A stretch of DNA of 64,000 bases. Source: Bacteroidales bacterium (GTDB lineage Bacteria > Bacteroidota > Bacteroidia > Bacteroidales > PUMT01). The stretch lies in assembly GCA_007125955.1 (NCBI GenBank), contig SLCF01000051.1, forward strand, positions 10,010 to 74,009, written 5' to 3'. Shown in pieces: positions 20,230 to 28,099 of the stretch. Position 1 is the first letter of the stretch, and each line of letters begins with the position of its first letter. The notes beneath the pieces were generated by a model. It saw only the letters and a list, made by a program, of their open reading frames with translations. It made no database searches and had not been told where the DNA came from. A program made the translations under genes and the position numbers.

Positions 20230-20805
20230 ATGTCATTTAAACTTCCGGAACTACCTTACGGGCAGAAAGACCTTGAACCGGTCATATCCGCAAAAACAAT
20301 CGAGTTTCATTACGGAAAGCATCACCAGACCTACGTGAATAAACTCAACAACCTTGTTGAGGGAACTAAGTTCGATGGAGCAACTCTTGAAAAGATAATT
20401 AAAGAAGCTGACGGCGGGATATTCAATAACGGTGCACAGGTGTGGAACCACACTTTTTATTTCAGCTCTTTTTCTCCCTCCGGTGGAGGGGAACCTGAAG
20501 GCGATCTTGGCCATGCAATTGAACGCGAGTTCGGTTCTTTTGACAAATTCAAAGAAGAGTTCGAAAAGGCCGGCGCTACCCTGTTCGGTTCAGGCTGGGT
20601 ATGGCTGGTAAAAGATTCGAAAGGCGCGCTTGATATTGTGCAGGAGTCAAATGCGGGCAATCCGCTGAGGAAAGACCTTACCCCGATTCTGACCATGGAT
20701 GTCTGGGAGCACGCCTACTACCTCGATTATCAAAACAGAAGGCCCGACCATCTTCAATCACTCTGGAAGATAATTGACTGGAAAAAGGTTGGGGAAAGGC
20801 TCTGA
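20230..20805 (+). CDS. sodB: superoxide dismutase, Fe-type, cytosolic
   Basis: Metal ligand motifs FHYGKHH and DVWEHAYY are present. The Fe-type discriminators are AQVWNHTFY and NAGNP. No signal peptide is present. Confidence 0.85.
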   Translation: MSFKLPELPYGQKDLEPVISAKTIEFHYGKHHQTYVNKLNNLVEGTKFDGATLEKIIKEADGGIFNNGAQVWNHTFYFSSFSPSGGGEPEGDLGHAIEREFGSFDKFKEEFEKAGATLFGSGWVWLVKDSKGALDIVQESNAGNPLRKDLTPILTMDVWEHAYYLDYQNRRPDHLQSLWKIIDWKKVGERL

Positions 20806-20866
20806 ATGAACCCTGTAAACAGGTAACAAAGCAGAAAGATAATATAGCTGTTGCCAGGCAGGACGC

Positions 20867-20903
20867 AAAAAAAATGCCGCCTCGTTTCATACGGGGCGGC
20901 ATT
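20867..20903 (-). terminator. rho-independent terminator of the exported SOD gene
   Basis: A 9-bp stem AATGCCGCC (20873-20881) pairs with GGCGGCATT (20895-20903) around a 13-nt loop. An A8 run on the plus strand becomes a U-run after the hairpin on the minus strand. Confidence 0.6.
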
Positions 20904-20961
20904 GATACGTAAGAGTTCAAACATGAAATAACATGAGAAATTTTATAAGGTATCTTCCGGA

Positions 20962-21681
20962 TCAGGCCTTTTTAAGCCTTGCAGTCACTTCGTCCCAGTT
21001 AACCACATTCCAGAATGCGGAGATGTAATCACCTCTCCTGTTCTGGTATTTCAGATAATAGGCATGCTCCCACACATCTATTCCAAGTATTGGCTTACCT
21101 CTTTCGTCAGCAACATCCATCAGCGGATTATCCTGGTTGGGTGTAGATGTGACCTTCAGTTTGCCGTCCTGTAAAATAAGCCAGGCCCAACCTGAACCGA
21201 AGCGTGTTGCTGCTGCATTTGAAAAGAGCTCCCTGAACTTATCAAATGAACCGAAATTTGAATTTATGGCTGTAAGAAGTTCGCCGGTTGGCTGACCGCC
21301 ACCACGGGGTGACATAACCTGCCAGAAAAGTTCGTGGTTGTAGTGCCCGCCACCGTTATTGCGGATTGCAACCGGACGGGTTGATACATTTTTCATCAGA
21401 TCTTCAAGGGACTTGCCTCCACCTGGAGCTTCCTTCAATGCATTGTTAAGGTTGTTGACATACCCGGCATGGTGCCGGCTGTGGTGTATCTCCATTGTGC
21501 GTGCATCTATGTGCGGTTCAAGTGCATCATATGAATAAGGAAGATCAGATAGATTGAAATTTTGATTATTGCTGGTATCCATAACTGAATTGCTTTTTAG
21601 TGCCTCTTTAGTCAGTAAGGGTGCTGCAAACAATCCCCCCATTCCCAAAAGGCCGGTTTTTAAAAAAGTTCTTTTATCCAT
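20962..21681 (-). CDS. sodA: superoxide dismutase, Mn-type, with N-terminal Tat-like (KR) export signal
   Basis: [23 protein letters not shown] resembles a twin-arginine motif with KR in place of RR. The Mn-type discriminators are [11 protein letters not shown] and NQDNP. Ligand motif DVWEHAYY is present. Confidence 0.8.
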   Translation of the reverse strand: MDKRTFLKTGLLGMGGLFAAPLLTKEALKSNSVMDTSNNQNFNLSDLPYSYDALEPHIDARTMEIHHSRHHAGYVNNLNNALKEAPGGGKSLEDLMKNVSTRPVAIRNNGGGHYNHELFWQVMSPRGGGQPTGELLTAINSNFGSFDKFRELFSNAAATRFGSGWAWLILQDGKLKVTSTPNQDNPLMDVADERGKPILGIDVWEHAYYLKYQNRRGDYISAFWNVVNWDEVTARLKKA

Positions 21682-21879
21682 GATTATATATTTGCGTTTA
21701 TTTGGTCTAATTCTATATTAATAAACAAAAAATATAAATTATTGTTCAAAAGAGTTTTTTAAAAAAACAGTTCAGCAGGTAAATAGCTGAATAGATCCCT
21801 CCCGGAAAAGGAAACAATTATCAGGGGTACTATTCGAATCTTTGTTTAAACTCTGATTATACTATTGGTTAATAATCAA

Positions 21880-21924
21880 CAAAAAAACAGGTAAAAGAAA
21901 AATTCCTCCATTACCTGTTTTTTA
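21880..21924 (-). terminator. bidirectional-type rho-independent terminator after the CsgG-like gene
   Basis: A 9-bp stem AACAGGTAA (21886-21894) pairs with TTACCTGTT (21911-21919). It is flanked by an A-run on the left and a T-run on the right, and lies ~30 nt downstream of the stop at 21952. Confidence 0.55.
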
Positions 21925-21951
21925 TCCTGAAAATGTGCAGGTTAAACAATA

Positions 21952-22902
21952 TTATTCAAACAGAACCGCGTCACCTACCTGAACATCATCTCCCCCGTCA
22001 ATGAATATCGCAACAGATGCTGAACTCTGAACACTCACTATCTCGATAGTCCCGATAGGTATCCTTACTTCTTCATCAACTCCTTCGACTTTCATTAGCC
22101 GGGCAATCTGAAGCTGCTGTTTCTCCCTTACCCCGTCGTTTGCGCCTACGTTGATTATCACCCCGTTATCAAGCAGCTGAACAATCTGTCCCATACGAAC
22201 CTCCCGCACAGCAGGCCTGCTCACTTTATCAGCATTTTCACTGACAGCTTTTACAAGATTTGCTCCAAGGTCATCCACTGCCTCATAAGTTGCGCGGCCA
22301 ATAGCGCTTTCCATAAACTCAGCACCCCGAAAACTCACATTCTGCAAACTGGCATCAAATGATGCTCCTGTTGCCGAACCGGTTCCCTGTACAGAACCCA
22401 GTATAACTCCCGATTCTGCATTCACCATCCTGGCTGTAACGCCCACACGGCCCCTTGTGCCACCTACGCCTATTCCCCTTACTCTCACCCTGCCGGTGGA
22501 CTCAAGATTGAATTGCGTTACTGTGCCGAATATAAGCGCATCTGCTCCAAGGAGTCGCCCTATATCAACTGCGCGGGATGGATCAACCACACCAGACCGA
22601 ATAAGATTCTGCTCAGAAAGAATACTATTCAACCGGTCACGTTCCACAAGCTGAAAGTTAACCTGCTGATTAACCATGTAATCGGTCAGCAATGCACTTA
22701 TCTGTTCCCCGACATTTATGCGGGAAAACCTGTAATCACCCCTGTATTCAAGGGGGATAATTGCAATGGTAATAGGTTCTTCTTCTGCAGTAGCTTCTTC
22801 TCCTGCAAAAGCCTGAACCTCCGGAAGCAGAAACAATGAAATAAGAAAACAGCATAAGATTCTGCTCAATAAACGATAATGTGCCATTGTAAAATTCCTC
22901 AT
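21952..22902 (-). CDS. CsgG/HfaB-family periplasmic/OM protein with extra C-terminal beta-rich domain
   Basis: Signal peptide ending ...PEVQAFAG. The CsgG-like core reads IAIIPLEYRG...VERDRLNSILSEQNL...LGADALIFGTVTQF. About 85 extra C-terminal residues follow. Confidence 0.65.
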   Translation of the reverse strand: MRNFTMAHYRLLSRILCCFLISLFLLPEVQAFAGEEATAEEEPITIAIIPLEYRGDYRFSRINVGEQISALLTDYMVNQQVNFQLVERDRLNSILSEQNLIRSGVVDPSRAVDIGRLLGADALIFGTVTQFNLESTGRVRVRGIGVGGTRGRVGVTARMVNAESGVILGSVQGTGSATGASFDASLQNVSFRGAEFMESAIGRATYEAVDDLGANLVKAVSENADKVSRPAVREVRMGQIVQLLDNGVIINVGANDGVREKQQLQIARLMKVEGVDEEVRIPIGTIEIVSVQSSASVAIFIDGGDDVQVGDAVLFE

Positions 22903-22932
22903 ATTAAATTTGACATAGTTATTCTCTGAAAT

Positions 22933-23472
22933 CTATTTGAAAGCAATTCTCAAACCCAGCATAAAGCTTAAAAAATCATACGAAAAATCATCGTCTTCGC
23001 CGTCCAGAATGGAATTGTATTTTACGCCCAGATCAAAAAATAAATTGTCGGACACACGAAACAGCAATCCTCCTCCTACACCGTATCCGATTTCCTCCGA
23101 TTCACTTTCAAAGCCTAAAGCTTCAGATTTGAGGAAATGCAACCCCCCTTCAAGTGCTGCATAAGGAGCGTAACCCCCTTCGCCAAAATAGTACCGGACA
23201 CCCAGGAGCAAGGGTATTGATGTGAGAGTGATATCTACTTCCTCAATGTCAGCATCCCACATTAAATATCCTGAAGTACCTGTGATCTCTATACCTGGAG
23301 CAAGCTCAAAAAACAGGAATCCGGTTCCTCCGTAGCCAGGTTTGTAGAAGTCACCAAAATCCCCAATGGGCAAAGTCATACCGCCCTGGGCACTTATTCC
23401 GATATTGCCCTGGCTGTGAACAAGTGCCGGCACAGATACCAGAATGATAACCACTGTAAAAAATTTTTTCAT
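22933..23472 (-). CDS. small 8-strand-type outer-membrane beta-barrel protein
   Basis: Signal peptide MKKFFTVVIILVSVPALVHSQ, followed by alternating Gly/aromatic strands. It sits 30 nt upstream of the CsgG-like gene on the same strand. Confidence 0.65.
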   Translation of the reverse strand: MKKFFTVVIILVSVPALVHSQGNIGISAQGGMTLPIGDFGDFYKPGYGGTGFLFFELAPGIEITGTSGYLMWDADIEEVDITLTSIPLLLGVRYYFGEGGYAPYAALEGGLHFLKSEALGFESESEEIGYGVGGGLLFRVSDNLFFDLGVKYNSILDGEDDDFSYDFLSFMLGLRIAFK

Positions 23473-23612
23473 AAGCTTTGTTGTTTAGTTATAATTATAT
23501 AAATAACCTGCTATCTCTCAATGTAATACAATGAGAAACCATTTATTATGGCATTCAAACCAACTAAAGGTAATGAAAAAATTAATCCGCTTCAACAATT
23601 TTTTGATCAGTG

Positions 23613-25247
23613 CTATTCATCCGGTTCCAGATGAGGATATCTGTAATCGTCAGGGGGAAGGAAGCACTCTTTTACAGTTCGCGGTGAAACCCATCTTTGG
23701 AGATTCATGACAGAGCCCGCTTTGTCATTTGTTCCGGAAGCCCTTGCGCCGCCGAATGGCTGATGCCCGACAACCGAACCGGTAGGCTTGTCGTTTATAT
23801 AAAAATTACCCGCTGCATTGACAAGTCTTACAGATGCCTGATTTATGGCATGCCTTTCGCGGGCGAAAACAGCGCCTGTTAGACCATATACGGAGGTGCG
23901 GTCTATCAGGTCAAGTGTTTCTTCATACTTGCCGTCATCAAAAACATATATTGTGAGTATCGGACCGAATAACTCGTGAATCATCGGAAAATAACAGGGA
24001 TCGGATGTTTCAATTACAGTGGGCTCAATGAAATATCCTTTCGATTTGTCATAGTTACCGCCAGCTAGAATCTTTACTTCATTGTTTTTTTTCACTTTAT
24101 CAATTACATCCGACAGTTTGTCAAAAGCTTTCTCATCAATTACCGAGGTTATAAAATTGCTGAAATCTTCAGGTCCCCCCATCCTGAAACTGTTTATCTG
24201 TTCAAGCATATGCTTCTTCACCTCAGACCAGACTGATCGTGAGATATATGCCCTTGATGCGGCAGAGCATTTCTGTCCCTGGAATTCAAAAGCCCCTCTT
24301 GATAATGCAGTTGCAACATGCGACGGCACGGCCGAAGCATGGGCCAGCACAAAGTCCTTACCGCCGGTTTCACCTACAATCCTGGGATAAGCCCGGTACT
24401 TTGCAATATTATTGCCTATCCTGTTCCAAATATCCCTGAAGACTCCGGTAGAACCGGTGAAATGCACTCCGGCAAAATCGTAATGCGAGAAAACCACATC
24501 CGAAGCAACCTGACCCTCGGTATAAATCAAATTTATCACCCCGTCGGGCAGACCGGCCTTCCTTAACACTTCCATAATAACCCGGGCAGAATAGATCTGT
24601 GTTCTGGAGGGTTTCCAGACAACAACATTCCCCATCATTGCAGGTGCAGTAGGCAAGTTGCCTGCAATTGCGGTAAAATTAAAAGGTGTTATTGCAAAGA
24701 CGAATCCTTCAAGAGGCCTTTGTTCAAGCCTGTTCCATGCCTCGGAGGTTGATTTTGGCTGAATGAGAAATATCTCGGTCATATACTGAACATTGTACCT
24801 TAAAAAATCCACCAGCTCGCATACGGCATCTATCTCTGACTGGTATACGGTTTTGGACTGTCCGAGCATGGTTGCAGCATTGATCCGCGATCTGTAAGGG
24901 CCGGCGATCAGCGCGGCGGCTTTTAGGAAAACAGCAGCCTTTTCCCTCCAGGGCATGGCAGCCCAGCTTTTACGGGCCTTGAGAGCCGAGCTTATGGCTT
25001 TTTCAACATGTCCGGCATCTCCCTTATGGTAATGCCCGAGCACGTGTCCGTGATCATGCGGTGGATTTACGGGCACCAATTCTCCGCTTCTTATCTCTTC
25101 ACCGCCAATATACATGGGAATATCCGCTTTTTCTGACCTTAGGCGCCTGATCTCTTCAGCAAGCTCTTTTCTCTCCGGAGTACCTGGCGCGTAGGAAAGA
25201 GGCTGTTCGTTTTCAGCCTCCGGCACAGTATATACATGATGTTTCAT
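23613..25247 (-). CDS. pruA: L-glutamate gamma-semialdehyde (1-pyrroline-5-carboxylate) dehydrogenase
   Basis: Aldehyde dehydrogenase catalytic motifs ETGGKDF and GQKCSAASR are present. The 544-aa length and N-terminus are typical of the P5CDH subgroup. Confidence 0.85.
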   Translation of the reverse strand: MKHHVYTVPEAENEQPLSYAPGTPERKELAEEIRRLRSEKADIPMYIGGEEIRSGELVPVNPPHDHGHVLGHYHKGDAGHVEKAISSALKARKSWAAMPWREKAAVFLKAAALIAGPYRSRINAATMLGQSKTVYQSEIDAVCELVDFLRYNVQYMTEIFLIQPKSTSEAWNRLEQRPLEGFVFAITPFNFTAIAGNLPTAPAMMGNVVVWKPSRTQIYSARVIMEVLRKAGLPDGVINLIYTEGQVASDVVFSHYDFAGVHFTGSTGVFRDIWNRIGNNIAKYRAYPRIVGETGGKDFVLAHASAVPSHVATALSRGAFEFQGQKCSAASRAYISRSVWSEVKKHMLEQINSFRMGGPEDFSNFITSVIDEKAFDKLSDVIDKVKKNNEVKILAGGNYDKSKGYFIEPTVIETSDPCYFPMIHELFGPILTIYVFDDGKYEETLDLIDRTSVYGLTGAVFARERHAINQASVRLVNAAGNFYINDKPTGSVVGHQPFGGARASGTNDKAGSVMNLQRWVSPRTVKECFLPPDDYRYPHLEPDE

Positions 25248-25502
25248 AACTTTTAGGTTTTAGTTGACCGGAAATTAAAAACAATCCGGATTACACTTTA
25301 GACAAAATTTTATTGCTTTATTTCAGCACAGTATACAGCTTCAAAAAATGCAATCCTGGCAAAATGAAACAACAGGCCGCTAAAGGGCTATGTTCCATTG
25401 TTGTAAACAATCTGATAGCAGTAATGTTCAATAAAGGCCTTTGGCATTTGAATATGCCTCTGTAACTGCAGCAGGGAAAAAAATCCGGTTTCAGACACAC
25501 TT

Positions 25503-26762
25503 TCACCAGGGAGAACGGCCGGCCATTTCCTTCCTGATTTCCTTGTACTCTTCCCAGTCAAAACGGTCAAGGAAATCAAATGCCTTTTCAGCCCCGGCAA
25601 TGAAAAGCTCAACCTTCCCGGCTTCAGGCAGTTTAAAATCGAGCCAGTTGAAGTCCCTGTCGGCATCTATATAGCAAATAAGTTTATTGTAGTCAGGGTT
25701 CCTGACAAGGAAATCATAATCGTGAAGTTGACGCATTGTGCCAATCAGGGCTCCTGACATATTGCCCGGACTTTTAATTCTGCTGTAGTCATCTCTCCAC
25801 GTACTCAGTCTGACACCAAAAGTAGGTTTTTTGGGAACACCGTGTTTCAGATGAAATGAATTAATAGGAAAGTTGGAAAGTAAACCGCCGTCGGCAAACT
25901 TAACCTCAGAGGGTATCCTCCCGTAATAACCTGCAAATTTCCTCCACCTGCTCTTTTCCTTTGGAAGTCCCTTCTCTTCAAATTCCCCCGCATTGGGGAT
26001 ATTTTTCACAACCATCGGCTGAAAAAAGAAAGGAACAGACATGGATGCCCTCACAAACCTTGCAGGTTTTACGGTAAGCGGATCCTTCCAGTACAACTCT
26101 GCCATTTCAGGGAAGACCACCTTGGTTTTGGTTGTAATATCAGAGGTTATGATCTTCAGCTCAGCCTTTCTTAATATGGCTTTGTTGTTTTGCGAACGGT
26201 CGAACAGAAGGGGGAGCTGTGACCTCAGTCTTTGCAGGTCTTCCAGAGTATCCACCCCGAAGTCCGACAACTTTAAGCTCACCCACCTTTCAAATTCATC
26301 ACCGGGATTAACCCCCAGATCCCTTCTCAAAACTTTCCAGATCCTGAACGCATTAAGCAGAAGATAAAAATTGAAGCAACGCCTGCCCTCAATATACCGT
26401 ATTATGAGTCTGTTCAGGGCCGGATGGCCGTCAGCAAACACTGAAATATCTTTTTCCGAAATAATCTTAAGAATCCTTTCCGATACCGGGTCTCCCACAG
26501 AGCCGGTTGCAGCCATCAGCATTGCACTTATTGCACCTGCGGATGTGCCTGCCAGACTGAAAAAACGGATTCCGGCCTTCTCCAGAATATAAGCATAACC
26601 CGCAAGTGCTATACCCAAAACCCCTCCTCCTTCCTGCACCAGGTCGACATACTGACAACCGCTGCTGTCAGTTATGTCGGAGTAGACCTTGCTGTCAAGT
26701 CTCTTTTTCTTTATCTCCTTAAGCAGGGCCAGGATCTGATGGTTCTCGGTAAATTGCTTCAT
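25503..26762 (-). CDS. patatin-like phospholipase
   Basis: The first ATG at 26762 is used because the track start at 26780 is TTG. Oxyanion loop QEGGGVLG, nucleophile elbow GTSAG and catalytic Asp FADGGLLSNFP are all present. Confidence 0.85.
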   Translation of the reverse strand: MKQFTENHQILALLKEIKKKRLDSKVYSDITDSSGCQYVDLVQEGGGVLGIALAGYAYILEKAGIRFFSLAGTSAGAISAMLMAATGSVGDPVSERILKIISEKDISVFADGHPALNRLIIRYIEGRRCFNFYLLLNAFRIWKVLRRDLGVNPGDEFERWVSLKLSDFGVDTLEDLQRLRSQLPLLFDRSQNNKAILRKAELKIITSDITTKTKVVFPEMAELYWKDPLTVKPARFVRASMSVPFFFQPMVVKNIPNAGEFEEKGLPKEKSRWRKFAGYYGRIPSEVKFADGGLLSNFPINSFHLKHGVPKKPTFGVRLSTWRDDYSRIKSPGNMSGALIGTMRQLHDYDFLVRNPDYNKLICYIDADRDFNWLDFKLPEAGKVELFIAGAEKAFDFLDRFDWEEYKEIRKEMAGRSPW

Positions 26763-26818
26763 CCGGAAAAAGTATTTCAATCAATTTGCAATAAGCCGCC
26801 GCTAAAATGAGACTATTA

Positions 26819-27409
26819 TCACTCTCCGTTCAAACATTCCAGTCTTGTAAAAACCTCATAGCACACCCATGCATCGGTTGCTGCATAACGCAACTGGGAG
26901 CCGGTAAGCATTTTACTCTCCCAGTTTGATATCTGCTCCTTTTTGGATATATGTATACCAAGTACTATAGCAGCAAGCTTACGCAAACCGTTGCTTTCAA
27001 TTCCAAAATCATTTACATACTCCTGCAGCTCCACAAAACCGGCAGTTTCAAAAGGTCTTATCTGCTGAAGTCCCGCCAGATCGTCCTTGATAGCAACGCC
27101 GGCCTTTATTTTGCCAGGGTCGGAAAGAACATCTGCCAGTTCCGGGGGCAAACCAGTTTTGTTAAGGCGGAAAAGAAAAGCCTTCTCTTTTACCGCAAGT
27201 TGAAGCAGGGATATCTTATTTGTAACACCCTTCCTGAAGGCAGGTTTTGTTTCGGTATCAAATCCGAAAACACTGTACTTCCGGAGCATTCTGACAGCTT
27301 CAGGAACAGACCGGGGATCTTCCACAACTATTATTTCACCCCCGAAACCTGAACGGGGAAGCGATTTTATCTCTTCGGAAGTAATATTTGAAGGAAACCG
27401 GTTATTCAT
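26819..27409 (-). CDS. DEDDy 3'-5' exonuclease domain protein (RNase D / WRN-exonuclease family)
   Basis: ExoI motif FGFDTETKP and ExoIII motif YAATDAW are present. The protein is 196 aa with a single domain. Its ATG overlaps the upstream gene's stop by 8 nt. Confidence 0.8.
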   Translation of the reverse strand: MNNRFPSNITSEEIKSLPRSGFGGEIIVVEDPRSVPEAVRMLRKYSVFGFDTETKPAFRKGVTNKISLLQLAVKEKAFLFRLNKTGLPPELADVLSDPGKIKAGVAIKDDLAGLQQIRPFETAGFVELQEYVNDFGIESNGLRKLAAIVLGIHISKKEQISNWESKMLTGSQLRYAATDAWVCYEVFTRLECLNGE

Positions 27410-28034
27410 CTTTTCCGTACCACATTTTTTTTCGCTGAGAAATTAGCCAGTGATTTGTATCCCTGTTCTCCGGATCATCTTCTTTTGCCCCTTCATCGCT
27501 TTCCTCTTCAAGGCTTTCACCACTGTAGAGCAAAGAGTGTACTGCACGGAGGGAGTTTACAAGTTTTTGCCCCCAGTACTGCTCAAAATGAAGTATACAT
27601 TCCCACATAGAATCGTTCATAAGCTCAACTGTGCCCATCCGGTAAACCATAAGAAAATTCTTCATGTCCTGGTAGATATCAGCCAGGTCTTCTGCAATAC
27701 TGCCCCCCACCTGGTCTTCCGTATCACGGTAAACCGGATCGAAAACCTCGGGGTAGTCATTATGCTTGCCGAGCTTTTTCAGAACCGAATTGTGTACATG
27801 ATTCCAGTCATCTTCAGTTACAAACTTCTGATTTCCTTCCTCATAAAAAGGTTCTGTACGGGGCAGAAGTGTTGCCTTATAATATAAAAGTGGAAGTATC
27901 TTACGCAACTTGTCAATAAAATCGCGTTTTTCAAATCCGCCCGACTGCTCAACAAAAGAGCAGTATTCATTTGCAACTGCCACAAACTCAATTACCGGCC
28001 CGGAGTAGACCAGCTCATTCCTCTCTTTATCCAT
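27402..28034 (-). CDS. conserved hypothetical protein, resembles the Bacteroidota DUF5063 family
   Basis: The ATG at 28034 is used because the track GTG is at 28037. It is an acidic, helical-looking 210-aa protein (IEFVAVANEYCSFVE...). The family assignment is from memory, not a search. Confidence 0.5.
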   Translation of the reverse strand: MDKERNELVYSGPVIEFVAVANEYCSFVEQSGGFEKRDFIDKLRKILPLLYYKATLLPRTEPFYEEGNQKFVTEDDWNHVHNSVLKKLGKHNDYPEVFDPVYRDTEDQVGGSIAEDLADIYQDMKNFLMVYRMGTVELMNDSMWECILHFEQYWGQKLVNSLRAVHSLLYSGESLEEESDEGAKEDDPENRDTNHWLISQRKKMWYGKDE

Positions 28035-28099
28035 CACTTATAATAATTTTAAAACAATGCAAAAATACAAAAACAACACAACATAACATGAACCAGTTA

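Noticed and set aside
25503-26762. The patatin-like phospholipase could be a CBASS CapV-type defence effector.
   Set aside because: No CD-NTase/cyclase, sensor, E1/E2/JAB or other defence-associated gene is adjacent. The neighbours are DNA-repair and proline-catabolism genes. A stand-alone patatin is not evidence for a defence system.
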